Assembly (NCBI GenBank): GCA_048447565.1
Contig: DBGAXC010000010.1
Location: 838 to 64,837, forward strand
DNA: 64,000 bases
DNA from: Collinsella aerofaciens
Lineage (GTDB): Bacteria; Actinomycetota; Coriobacteriia; Coriobacteriales; Coriobacteriaceae
Direction of reading: 5' to 3'
Part shown: positions 46,133-54,479 of the stretch, piece after piece
Layout: each line of letters begins with the position of its first letter
How positions within the stretch are numbered: position 1 is the first letter of the stretch
The notes under the pieces: model-generated
Seen by the model: the letters and a program-made list of their open reading frames with translations, nothing else
What the model was told of the DNA's origin: nothing
The model's database searches: none
Made by a program: the position numbers and the translations under genes

Positions 46133-46189
46133 CCTCGTATGTCCGGAAATCCTCACTCGACCAGGATGACTGGGACCGGTCCGGCCTTT

Positions 46190-46405
46190 GTCTCGATCTG
46201 TAACAGTAAGAGGGTTATTCCTCCCCCATCTGTTACAGATCGAGATATTACGCAGAGACACCAGCTTACGTCTCATTCTGTAACAGTAAGAACGGTTTCA
46301 GCCTCTTCGTGTTACAGATCGAGATATTATCGGCCAACCCTTGGCATTGTCTCAATCTGTAACTATAAGGAGGGTTTTCAGCCCACCCGTGTTACAGATC
46401 GAGAC
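46190..46405. repeat. ~80-bp-period array of three hairpin units
   Basis: 16 bp arm GTCTCGATCTGTAACA in alternating orientation six times; loops 25/24/25 nt, inter-unit spacers 23/23 nt. Confidence 0.9.
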
Positions 46406-46499
46406 AAACCTGAAGCTTGGTGGGAGTCAAACCCGCTTACATGTCGACATAAATAGAAACGGGCCCTGTCCCAATTGGAGACAGAGCCCGAAACTCTCA

Positions 46500-46574
46500 T
46501 GGAGCCAGTGACAGGAATCGAACCTGCAACCCACTGATTACAAATCAGTTGCGCTACCGTTGCGCCACACTGGC
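46500..46574 (-). tRNA. tRNA-Thr (TGT)
   Basis: GCCAGTGTGGCGCAACGGTAGCGC..TTTGTAA..GTTCGATTC..CTCCA. Confidence 0.96.
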
Positions 46575-46665
46575 ACACTTGGCGCTTTCACGCGAAGCCA
46601 GTTAAGAATAAAGGAATTGCCGACGAGGCGCAACAGGCCCTTCACCCGACCACATCTCAAAACCA

Positions 46666-46726
46666 TTCGTCAGAACGAATAGTTTTAATTACAATTGCTA
46701 TATATAAAACTATTCGTTCTGACGAA
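46666..46726 (+). promoter_or_regulatory. 22 bp inverted-repeat operator upstream of HTH-HipA-like gene
   Basis: TTCGTCAGAACGAATAGTTTTA...TAAAACTATTCGTTCTGACGAA around an AT-rich core. Confidence 0.75.
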
Positions 46727-46736
46727 GGGTTTCGCG

Positions 46737-48077
46737 ATGCTTACTACCAAGGAAACAGCCGAACTGCTCGGCATCACTCCGCGCAGGGTGCAGGAGCTCA
46801 TAAAAAACGGAGCACTTGAGGCCCGCAAGGCTTCTGGTGTATGGCTCATCGACAAAGACAGCGTCGACACGCGACTCCGCTCCGTGACCAAAACGGGGGG
46901 ACGTCCCCGCCGCGGCCACGGTAAGAGCGAGATCGCGTTCACCCTCATGAATCGCACGCACGAAGTCGCTCAGCTGGTCTACAGCACATCTCGAAAAGAC
47001 TTTACCCACATCGGCGCCGACATCGATTACGCCCACGCCCCTATTGGAGTATTTGGCCCTAATAGCCCCATATCGCTCGACTCCTTCCGCATCTGGTGGC
47101 GCGGCCGCGGTATCCCGCTCGCACGCATTGGGCTAGCCTCCCTGCTTGCAGAAGCCGCAGTCGATGTTCCCGATGAACTCGTCCAGCGAAATCTTGGCCT
47201 CTCCCTATCCGACCAGTATTGGATTAGACCCCAAGATTCCGGTCTCGCCTGGGAGGATATCAACTTCTTCAATAACGCCTTTGATGACGTCTCGCTGTCC
47301 ATTGCGCCCTTTGCCCCAGAGGGAAAAGCGGCTGCCGCAAAGCCCGATAACACCTCGGACGGCAATCTTCAAAAGTACTGGACGTGCGAGGGCGGGCGTC
47401 GAATTCTGCATAAGGCAGGAGCGCACCTGAACCAGGAACCTTATAACGAGCTGGTGGCGACCGCGCTCCACCGTCGCATCCTAAACGCCTGCGATTACGT
47501 GCCTTACTCGCTCGAGGGCACGGGCACTTCCGCCCTGAGCATATGCGATGTCTTCTTAACTGATGAAGAAGAGTATGTCCCTGCGTTCTATGTAAACCAG
47601 CACGCAAACGCAGATGAACGGCTAACCGACTACGAGCGATATGTAGCAAATTGCGAGGAGCTCGGGGTGGCAGGCGTTAAGGATGCCCTTGACCGCATGA
47701 TCGTATGCGACGACATCATCGCCAACTACGATCGTCATTGGCGCAACTTCGGCCTCGTGCGAAACGTCAACTCACTGGCCTGCAGACCAGCCCCCATCTT
47801 CGATTCGGGCTCATCGCTCTGGTGCAACATATCTCTAGAGGAGCTTAGGGCAGGAGAGCACAGTTTTGCCAGCGCGCAGTTCCATTCAAGTCCCGCGAAA
47901 CAAATGTTGCTTGTTGAGGATATGAGCTGGTTTGACGGGGGCAAACTCGAAGGTTTTGTCGACGAGGCAATCGAGATTCTGTCTAAAAACGATGCCCTAG
48001 CAGCGAGACTGCCTTATCTAAAAGAGGCGCTAACGTGGCGCCTCGAAAGAATGATCGACATCGCTGAATGGAGTTAG
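46737..48077 (+). CDS. Excisionase-type HTH fused to HipA/CtkA-like kinase
   Basis: MLTTKETAELLGITPRRVQELIKNG.L.A.K..GVW; SLSDQYWI, TSDGNLQKYW, EPYNE, N.DRHWRNFG, APIFDSG. Confidence 0.85.
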   Translation: MLTTKETAELLGITPRRVQELIKNGALEARKASGVWLIDKDSVDTRLRSVTKTGGRPRRGHGKSEIAFTLMNRTHEVAQLVYSTSRKDFTHIGADIDYAHAPIGVFGPNSPISLDSFRIWWRGRGIPLARIGLASLLAEAAVDVPDELVQRNLGLSLSDQYWIRPQDSGLAWEDINFFNNAFDDVSLSIAPFAPEGKAAAAKPDNTSDGNLQKYWTCEGGRRILHKAGAHLNQEPYNELVATALHRRILNACDYVPYSLEGTGTSALSICDVFLTDEEEYVPAFYVNQHANADERLTDYERYVANCEELGVAGVKDALDRMIVCDDIIANYDRHWRNFGLVRNVNSLACRPAPIFDSGSSLWCNISLEELRAGEHSFASAQFHSSPAKQMLLVEDMSWFDGGKLEGFVDEAIEILSKNDALAARLPYLKEALTWRLERMIDIAEWS

Positions 48078-48104
48078 CAAGGCAGCATTGCCCCGCCAAC
48101 TCCC

Positions 48105-48782
48105 CTACCGTCCGCGCAGGGCCTTGAGCTTGGCCAGGGCATCGGGACTCAGGCGGCTGCCCAGAGTCATCTTAATCTGCGGAGCTTCCTCTGCCTCGTG
48201 AACGTCGTTATCGATCTGTTTGATCTCGTCCACCAGCATACGGCTCGAGATGCGCGTGACGCCCTTGCCCATGACAACGGCCTGGATCGTGCCGTCGCTC
48301 GATACCACGGAGCACGCGCGGCCTTCCTCACGTGCCTCGATGCAGAGCTTCTGCACCACGGTATCGGCCGAAACACCCGTCGGCGAAAACTCAATGCGCA
48401 CACCGCGGGCCGGTAGGTTGGGGCGCTCGCTGGAGATATTGCCCGCGCCGTCAAATACGATCACAGCCTCGTAGCGGCCCTGGGCAAACGCAGCTACGTC
48501 ATTAATGAGCGCCGTGCGCGCCATATCGTGAACGTCGCTGGAATACGGATCGTCAGAATGGTCGTACACGAGCTTTTCGTAGCGCGGCGTACAGTGGATC
48601 ACGTTGTAGCCGTCGACCACCAGCAGCTCGGGCTTGTTGGAGTGCACCGTCGAGACCGGATCGGCGATGGCCTGCGCAAACGCATTGCCGCCCACGCCAT
48701 AGGTCGCGGCCGAAACAATCGGCTTGGCCGAGCCCTCGCCAAAGCGCTTGGCCTTGGACTTGGCGCGGTTCTTTTTGGACAT
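48105..48782 (-). CDS. NYN-domain ribonuclease (YacP/Rae1-like)
   Basis: LLVVDGYNVI, IVFDG, SAD.VV, VVSSD; follows rlmB. Confidence 0.88.
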   Translation of the reverse strand: MSKKNRAKSKAKRFGEGSAKPIVSAATYGVGGNAFAQAIADPVSTVHSNKPELLVVDGYNVIHCTPRYEKLVYDHSDDPYSSDVHDMARTALINDVAAFAQGRYEAVIVFDGAGNISSERPNLPARGVRIEFSPTGVSADTVVQKLCIEAREEGRACSVVSSDGTIQAVVMGKGVTRISSRMLVDEIKQIDNDVHEAEEAPQIKMTLGSRLSPDALAKLKALRGR

Positions 48783-48785
48783 GCG

Positions 48786-49700
48786 CTACTCCTCCCCCAT
48801 GAGCTCGCCGGCGTTGCGGCGCAGCCACTCAAAGCACAGCGCCGTGGTCGCCTGGGCAACATTGAGGCTCTCGGTCATGCCGCGCTGGGGAAGCTTGGCC
48901 AAAAAGTCGCATTTCTCGAGCACCAGGCGCGAGATGCCGTCGCCCTCGGAGCCCATGACGAGCGCCACGCGGCCCTCGAAGGGAGCATCCCAGCAACTGC
49001 CTTCGGCGTGCTCGGAGGCACCGCCCACCCAAAAGCCAGCGTCCTTAAGATCGTCGAGTGCGCGGGCGATGTTGGGCACCTGCGCGATAGGCAGATGCAT
49101 GACGGCGCCGGCTGAAGTCTTGTAGCTGCCCACGGTCACGCCGGCGGCGCGCTTGTTGGCGATGATGACGCCGGCCGCGCCCACAACCTCGGCGGAACGC
49201 ACGATGGCACCAAAGTTGCCGTCGTCAGTCACATGGTCGAGCACGACGACGAGCGCCGGTCCGTCACCCGCGCGGTCGAGGATGTCGGCGACATCGGCGT
49301 AAGGGAAGTTACCAACCTCGAGCGCGATACCCTGGTGAGCGCCATGGCTCGACAGTGCGTCGAGCTGCGCGCGCGGCACATACTTGATGCGGACGCCCGC
49401 AGCGTTGAGGTCGTCGACCAGGCGCGACAAGGCGGCATCGCGCTCCCCGCCCTCGGCAATGAGCGCGCACTTGATGGGAAAACCGGTGCGCAGCGCCTCG
49501 GCAGCAGCACGGCGACCCTCGATGAACTCACCCTTGGGAGCCTGGGCAGCGTCGCGGTTGCGATCGCGCTGCGGACGTGCGGCCTGGGTGCGATCGCGCT
49601 GGCCCTTGGGAGCGGCAGCGCGGTCATTGTGGCGAATCGGACGCGAGCCAGAAGCGGCCTGTTTGCCTCCACGCGGTACACGCTTGCGATTGTCGGCCAT
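48786..49700 (-). CDS. rlmB: 23S rRNA Gm2251 methyltransferase
   Basis: HQGI, D.GNFGAIVRSA, KTSAGA, GSEG.GISRL, ESLNVA. Confidence 0.93.
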   Translation of the reverse strand: MADNRKRVPRGGKQAASGSRPIRHNDRAAAPKGQRDRTQAARPQRDRNRDAAQAPKGEFIEGRRAAAEALRTGFPIKCALIAEGGERDAALSRLVDDLNAAGVRIKYVPRAQLDALSSHGAHQGIALEVGNFPYADVADILDRAGDGPALVVVLDHVTDDGNFGAIVRSAEVVGAAGVIIANKRAAGVTVGSYKTSAGAVMHLPIAQVPNIARALDDLKDAGFWVGGASEHAEGSCWDAPFEGRVALVMGSEGDGISRLVLEKCDFLAKLPQRGMTESLNVAQATTALCFEWLRRNAGELMGEE

Positions 49701-49843
49701 AAAACGGCCTCCTTAAATAGATAACGAACAAGAATCGACCGTCCGAGCCACGGCACCTTGCCTTTCAATCGTCGGGCATGACCACCAGGTCTATGCCTTC
49801 CCCTTTCAAGGCAATCTGCCACACCTCGAACGGTCGACAAATA

Positions 49844-51310
49844 CTAGAGGGTCTTAATACGAGTACCCGCGGCCGTATCTTCAATGGTGAGGCCCAGGTC
49901 CTTGAGCTGGTCGCGGATGGCGTCTGCCAGGTCCCAGTTCTTGGCGGCACGGGCCTCGGCGCGGGCCTCGAGAATCTTGGCAGCGGCCTCGTCCACGTCG
50001 TCGCCCGTGTAGGCGACCAGGCCGGCGGCAACGCCCAGCAGACCCAGCGGCAGCTCGACCTTGGGCTCGGGAAGCTCGACGCCAAACGTATCGAGCAGCT
50101 CGGCCAGCGTGTCGGCGGCGGCAAGCGCGGCGGTCTTGTCGGCAGCGTCGCCCGCCTGCTCCAGGTACTGGTTGCACTCGGTGACAAAGCCAAAGACGGC
50201 ACCCATGGCACCAGCGGTGTTAAAGTCGTCGTCCATGCACTCCTTAAAGGTGGCACGGGTCTCGGCGGCCTTGGCGGCAAACGCCTCGGCAGCCGCTTCG
50301 TCGGCATCGGCCGTCGCGTGGTTCGCGGCCCAACGCAGGTTCTCGACCGTACCGGCGATACGCGTGAGCGAGTTCTCGGCACCCTCCAGGCGCTCCCAAG
50401 AAAAGTCGAGCGGCGAGCGATAGCTCGTCTGCAGCATCAGCAGGCGCAGGGCCGCGGCAGAGTGCTGCTCGAGGACCTCGGCCAGTGTAAAGAAGTTACC
50501 GAGCGACTTGGACATCTTCTCGCCGTCGACCAGTAGCATGCCCGTGTGCATCCAGGTGTTGGAGAAGCCCTGGTGCCAGGCGCAGGTAGCCTGAGCGCAC
50601 TCGTTCTCGTGATGCGGGAAGGCAAGGTCGGAGCCACCGCCGTGGATGTCGATCGGGGTGCCCAGGTAGCGGTGCACCATGGCGGCGCACTCGGTGTGCC
50701 AGCCGGGACGGCCCTCGCCCCAGGGGCTCGGCCAGCTGGGCTCGCCGGGCTTGGCGGCCTTCCACAGGGCAAAGTCGAGCGGGTCGTTCTTGTCCTCGTT
50801 CTCCTCGATGCGCGCACCCACCATAAGGTCGTCGATGTTGCGGCCCGAGACCTGACCATAGTTGGGATCGCTGCGCACGGCAAAATACACGTCGCCGTTA
50901 TCGGCGGCATAGGCGTGACCCTGCTCGATAAGCGTCTTGATCATGGCGATCATGGGACCGATCTCCTTGGTGGCGCGGGGACGCACATCGGGATCGAGCA
51001 CGTTGGCAGCGCGCATGACGCCGATGAACTTGTCGGAGAACTCCGTCGCAACCTCGGCAGCCGTACGGCCTTGCTCGTTGGCGCGCTTGATGATCTTGTC
51101 ATCGACATCGGTGAGGTTCTGAGCGAACGTGACCTCGTAGCCGCTCGCGATGAGCCAGCGGCGAATCACGTCAAAGCTGATGAACGTGCGGGCGTTGCCG
51201 ATGTGGATGTTGTCGTAGACCGTGGGGCCGCACACATACATGCGGACCTTACCGGGCTCGATGGGCTGGAACTCTTCCTTTTTATGGGTAGCGCTGTTGT
51301 AGATACGCAT
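49844..51310 (-). CDS. cysS: Cysteine--tRNA ligase
   Basis: MYVCGPTVY..HIGN, DFALWK, GRPGWH, FPHHENE, KMSKS. Confidence 0.98.
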   Translation of the reverse strand: MRIYNSATHKKEEFQPIEPGKVRMYVCGPTVYDNIHIGNARTFISFDVIRRWLIASGYEVTFAQNLTDVDDKIIKRANEQGRTAAEVATEFSDKFIGVMRAANVLDPDVRPRATKEIGPMIAMIKTLIEQGHAYAADNGDVYFAVRSDPNYGQVSGRNIDDLMVGARIEENEDKNDPLDFALWKAAKPGEPSWPSPWGEGRPGWHTECAAMVHRYLGTPIDIHGGGSDLAFPHHENECAQATCAWHQGFSNTWMHTGMLLVDGEKMSKSLGNFFTLAEVLEQHSAAALRLLMLQTSYRSPLDFSWERLEGAENSLTRIAGTVENLRWAANHATADADEAAAEAFAAKAAETRATFKECMDDDFNTAGAMGAVFGFVTECNQYLEQAGDAADKTAALAAADTLAELLDTFGVELPEPKVELPLGLLGVAAGLVAYTGDDVDEAAAKILEARAEARAAKNWDLADAIRDQLKDLGLTIEDTAAGTRIKTL

Positions 51311-51313
51311 TCG

Positions 51314-51808
51314 TTACTCCTTAACGGTTTTCTGTAGCAGGCAGACGGCCCAGGCGCCAATTCCCTCGCCTTGGCCTTCCCAGCCGAGTTTTTCGGTCGT
51401 AGTGGCGGCGACGCCCACGTTTTCGACGTCAACGCCCAGGGCATGGGCCAGGTTGGCGCGCATGGCATCGCGGTGCGGGGTGATCTTGGGCTGCTGGCAG
51501 GCAATGGTGCAATCGGCATCGACAAACTCAAAGCCCAACTCGCGCGCATAGTCCATCACACGGGCGAGCAGCACCATCGAGTCGGCGCCCTCATAGGCAG
51601 GATCGGTGTCGGGGAACAGCTTGCCGATGTCTCCCCCGCGGCAGGCGCCCAGAATGGCGTCGGCCAGCGCGTGCGCGAGCACATCGGCATCCGAGTGGCC
51701 CAGCAGACCGCGCTCGTAGGGAATGTCGACACCGCCGATAATACATCGACGCCCCTCCACCAGACGGTGAACATCGTAGCCGTGTCCAATGCGCAGGTTA
51801 CTGAACAT
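51314..51808 (-). CDS. ispF: MEcPP synthase
   Basis: RIGHGYDVH, GHSDADV..H, DIG..FPDTD. Confidence 0.97.
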   Translation of the reverse strand: MFSNLRIGHGYDVHRLVEGRRCIIGGVDIPYERGLLGHSDADVLAHALADAILGACRGGDIGKLFPDTDPAYEGADSMVLLARVMDYARELGFEFVDADCTIACQQPKITPHRDAMRANLAHALGVDVENVGVAATTTEKLGWEGQGEGIGAWAVCLLQKTVKE

Positions 51809-52526
51809 GGGGAAGGTCCTCTCCCTCGGCCATGCGGCCGAGCAGAATCGCGGTTACGGGACGCAGGTCCTCGGGCACCGTCACCTTAAGGTTATCGCGC
51901 GGGCTCTGGACGCAGCGGACACGCCCACCCATGCGCTCGACCAGCGACGAATCGTCCGTGCCGATAAAGCCCTCAGCAATCGCCGCGGCATGGGCGCGTT
52001 TCATGGCGTCGACACTAAAGATCTGCGGCGTCTGCGCGGCCCAGTACAGCTCGCGCGGCGGCGTCTCGACGATGTTGTCGCCGTCGACGATCTTGAGCGT
52101 GTCAATCGCGGGCTGACCGCACACGACACCGTCGAGGGCACGGTCGCTCACGAGCACGTCGATAGCGTGGTCGATGGCCTCGGTCGTAATGAGCGGACGA
52201 GCGCCATCGTGAATGGCAACGTATTCAAAGCCCGCCGGAACCGCACGCACACCGGCACGGGTGGAATCCTGGCGGGTCGCGCCGGCATCGGCAAAGCTGA
52301 TGGGCGTGTCATAGTCAAACGGGTCGATGGCCAGGCGTCGCATCTCGGCACGACGCTCGGCAGGACACACCACCACGATGTGGCCGACCTTGTCGCTCCG
52401 ATCGAACGCGCGGATGGACCAGCTCATGAGCGGACGGCCCGCCACGTTAACGAGCTGCTTGCCGCCGGGATTTCCAAAGCGCTGGCCGCTGCCACCGGCA
52501 ACGACCACGGCGCATACGGGCGCCAT
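51798..52526 (-). CDS. ispD: MEP cytidylyltransferase
   Basis: AGGSGQRF..KQ, RQDS, IHDGARP, AQTPQ, TDD, NLKVT. Confidence 0.96.
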   Translation of the reverse strand: MAPVCAVVVAGGSGQRFGNPGGKQLVNVAGRPLMSWSIRAFDRSDKVGHIVVVCPAERRAEMRRLAIDPFDYDTPISFADAGATRQDSTRAGVRAVPAGFEYVAIHDGARPLITTEAIDHAIDVLVSDRALDGVVCGQPAIDTLKIVDGDNIVETPPRELYWAAQTPQIFSVDAMKRAHAAAIAEGFIGTDDSSLVERMGGRVRCVQSPRDNLKVTVPEDLRPVTAILLGRMAEGEDLPHVQ

Positions 52527-53593
52527 TATGCGTTCCCCTGTTTGGTGCCCTTCATGCGGTACAGCGAGTCCGCAAGAATGGCAGGGTTGTTGACGCCAAA
52601 GTCGCCCAGGCGCTCCGGATCCTCGCTAATGTCGTCCATGAGCTCCTGCAGCGAGCCGTACTCGTCGACGATCTTCTCGGCCACGCCGTCGCGCACGACG
52701 GACACACGCGAAAGCGTGCGCAGGCCTAGCGGCGTCATGACGGAGTCCTCGTCCAGGTCGTCATAGCCCAGAACTGCCGCCACGTGTTGCGGGTCGGACA
52801 GGTCCTTAGGCGTCATGCGGCTCAGCTCGGCGCGAATCTTCTCGGCGTTTGCCTCGGAGGAATCGCTCGCGTAGTCGCGAATCATCAGGTCGTATTCGGT
52901 ATCCATGCTGGAGCCGGCGAGCTGCTCGAGCTGCATCTGCACGAGCTTGCCCTGGTTGCCCAGCTTGACAATGCAACCCTTAAGCTCAGTCTTTGCCTGC
53001 TGCATGATCTCGAAGCTCGAGAAAATACCGGTAATGTCGGCGAGCGTAACGTAGTCGTCGAGCTCGAGGGCCGTCAGGCGCAACAGGGAGCGATCGAGCG
53101 ACTGACGGGTAGTCTGGAGCGTGGCGACGAGCTGGTTGACCGAGCTCATGATGGTGGTGACAGGCTGGATCTCGTAGCTCTTGCCGTGAACGTACACGTT
53201 AACGACGGCACGACGGGCCGAGACCGAGATCACGATGGCATCGGTGAGCACCGACATGCGAGCGGCGGTGCGGTGACGCATGCCCGTCTCGCTCGTGGCA
53301 AGCGAGGGATCGGGATTGAGGTGGAAGTTGGCGCGCAGGATCTGGGTGAGGTCGCCGTCGATGACGATGGCGCCGTCCATCTTGGAGAGCTCGAACAGAC
53401 GGTTCGAGGTGAACGAAATGTTGAGCGGGAAGCCGTCGTTACCGGCAGCGAGCACGTTTTCGGTGTCGCCGACGCAGATAAGGGCGCCCAGGTGACCGGC
53501 GATGATCATGTCGAGGGCGGTGCGGATCGGCTGGCCGGGGGCAGTCAGGCGAATAGCCTGTTCCATACGCTTTTGCAGCTCGTTCTTATCCAA
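52526..53593 (-). CDS. disA: DNA integrity scanning diadenylate cyclase
   Basis: ELSKMDGA and ETGMRHRTA DAC motifs, linker, C-terminal HhH-like region. Confidence 0.9.
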   Translation of the reverse strand: MDKNELQKRMEQAIRLTAPGQPIRTALDMIIAGHLGALICVGDTENVLAAGNDGFPLNISFTSNRLFELSKMDGAIVIDGDLTQILRANFHLNPDPSLATSETGMRHRTAARMSVLTDAIVISVSARRAVVNVYVHGKSYEIQPVTTIMSSVNQLVATLQTTRQSLDRSLLRLTALELDDYVTLADITGIFSSFEIMQQAKTELKGCIVKLGNQGKLVQMQLEQLAGSSMDTEYDLMIRDYASDSSEANAEKIRAELSRMTPKDLSDPQHVAAVLGYDDLDEDSVMTPLGLRTLSRVSVVRDGVAEKIVDEYGSLQELMDDISEDPERLGDFGVNNPAILADSLYRMKGTKQGNA

Positions 53594-53814
53594 GGCATCG
53601 CTCCCATCGTATACGCTCCATAAACGTCAATAAGTTTCTCACGGTTTGCCCCTGTGACGCCCGCAAAATCCGATGCTTACAGAATGAGCGAACACCGCTT
53701 AGGTAGCTCATTTGGGACGGAGCTCTTTTAGCTGCTCATGTGGTAGCATCGGGTCTCATATAAATGAGGGAGTAGTCGTGTAATCGGGTTCGCCCGCAGA
53801 GAGGGAGCCAGACT

Positions 53815-54399
53815 ATGGGACTCGCAGAGCTCGTGTTGCTCGCCGTTGGCCTTTCGATGGACGCCTTTGCCGTTTCCATCTGCAAAGGCCTTGGCATGAA
53901 GAAAATCAACCTTAAAGTCGCCGTGGTGCTCGGCCTGTTCTTTGGCGGTTTTCAGGCCGGCATGCCCGTAATCGGATGGGCACTCGGCAGCCAGTTCATG
54001 GGCATCATCGGGCCCATCGACCATTGGATCGCCTTCATCCTTTTGGCCTTTATTGGCGGCAAGATGCTGTGGGAAGCCTTTACCGAAGACGAGGATGAGG
54101 ACGAAGGCGACGGCGAGGATGCCGAGAAAATTGACCTGGTAGAATACCTGATTCTTGCCATCGCCACCTCGATTGACGCGCTCGCCGTGGGTATCTCGTT
54201 TGCCGCGCTCTCGGTCGATATCGTTCCTGCCGTGTCGCTCATTGGCATCACGACCTTTCTCTTCTCCGTTGCCGGCGTAGCGATCGGCCACACCTTTGGC
54301 GCGCGCTACGAAAAACCCGCCACCATCGTGGGTGGCGTCGTACTCGTCCTCATCGGGCTTAAGATCTTGCTTGAGCACCTTGGGATCCTCGCACTGTAA
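53815..54399 (+). CDS. mntP: Manganese efflux pump MntP
   Basis: [33 protein letters not shown]. Confidence 0.92.
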   Translation: MGLAELVLLAVGLSMDAFAVSICKGLGMKKINLKVAVVLGLFFGGFQAGMPVIGWALGSQFMGIIGPIDHWIAFILLAFIGGKMLWEAFTEDEDEDEGDGEDAEKIDLVEYLILAIATSIDALAVGISFAALSVDIVPAVSLIGITTFLFSVAGVAIGHTFGARYEKPATIVGGVVLVLIGLKILLEHLGILAL

Positions 54400-54479
54400 C
54401 GAATAACGGCCGCCCGGCATTACGCCAGGCGGCCGTATTCATAGCCAGCCGTTTTAGAGCGGCTTAACCAAGGCGACCT

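Noticed and set aside
46190..46405. CRISPR array interpretation of the 80 bp (and 62 bp) arrays
   Set aside because: Repeats alternate in orientation, there are only three units, and no cas genes are in the window.
45771..46456. Small ORFs 45771-46115, 46034-46276 and 46100-46456
   Set aside because: They run through palindromic repeats or a tRNA promoter, lack clear RBSs and have no recognisable protein features.
46737..46890. Prophage or ICE at tRNA-Thr suggested by the excisionase-like HTH
   Set aside because: The HTH is fused to a kinase; I saw no integrase, phage genes or duplicated tRNA 3' end.
54085..54122. GAC/GAG/GAT-rich run in mntP as a phase-variable repeat
   Set aside because: It is an in-frame, imperfect acidic linker ([12 protein letters not shown]), not a slippage tract.
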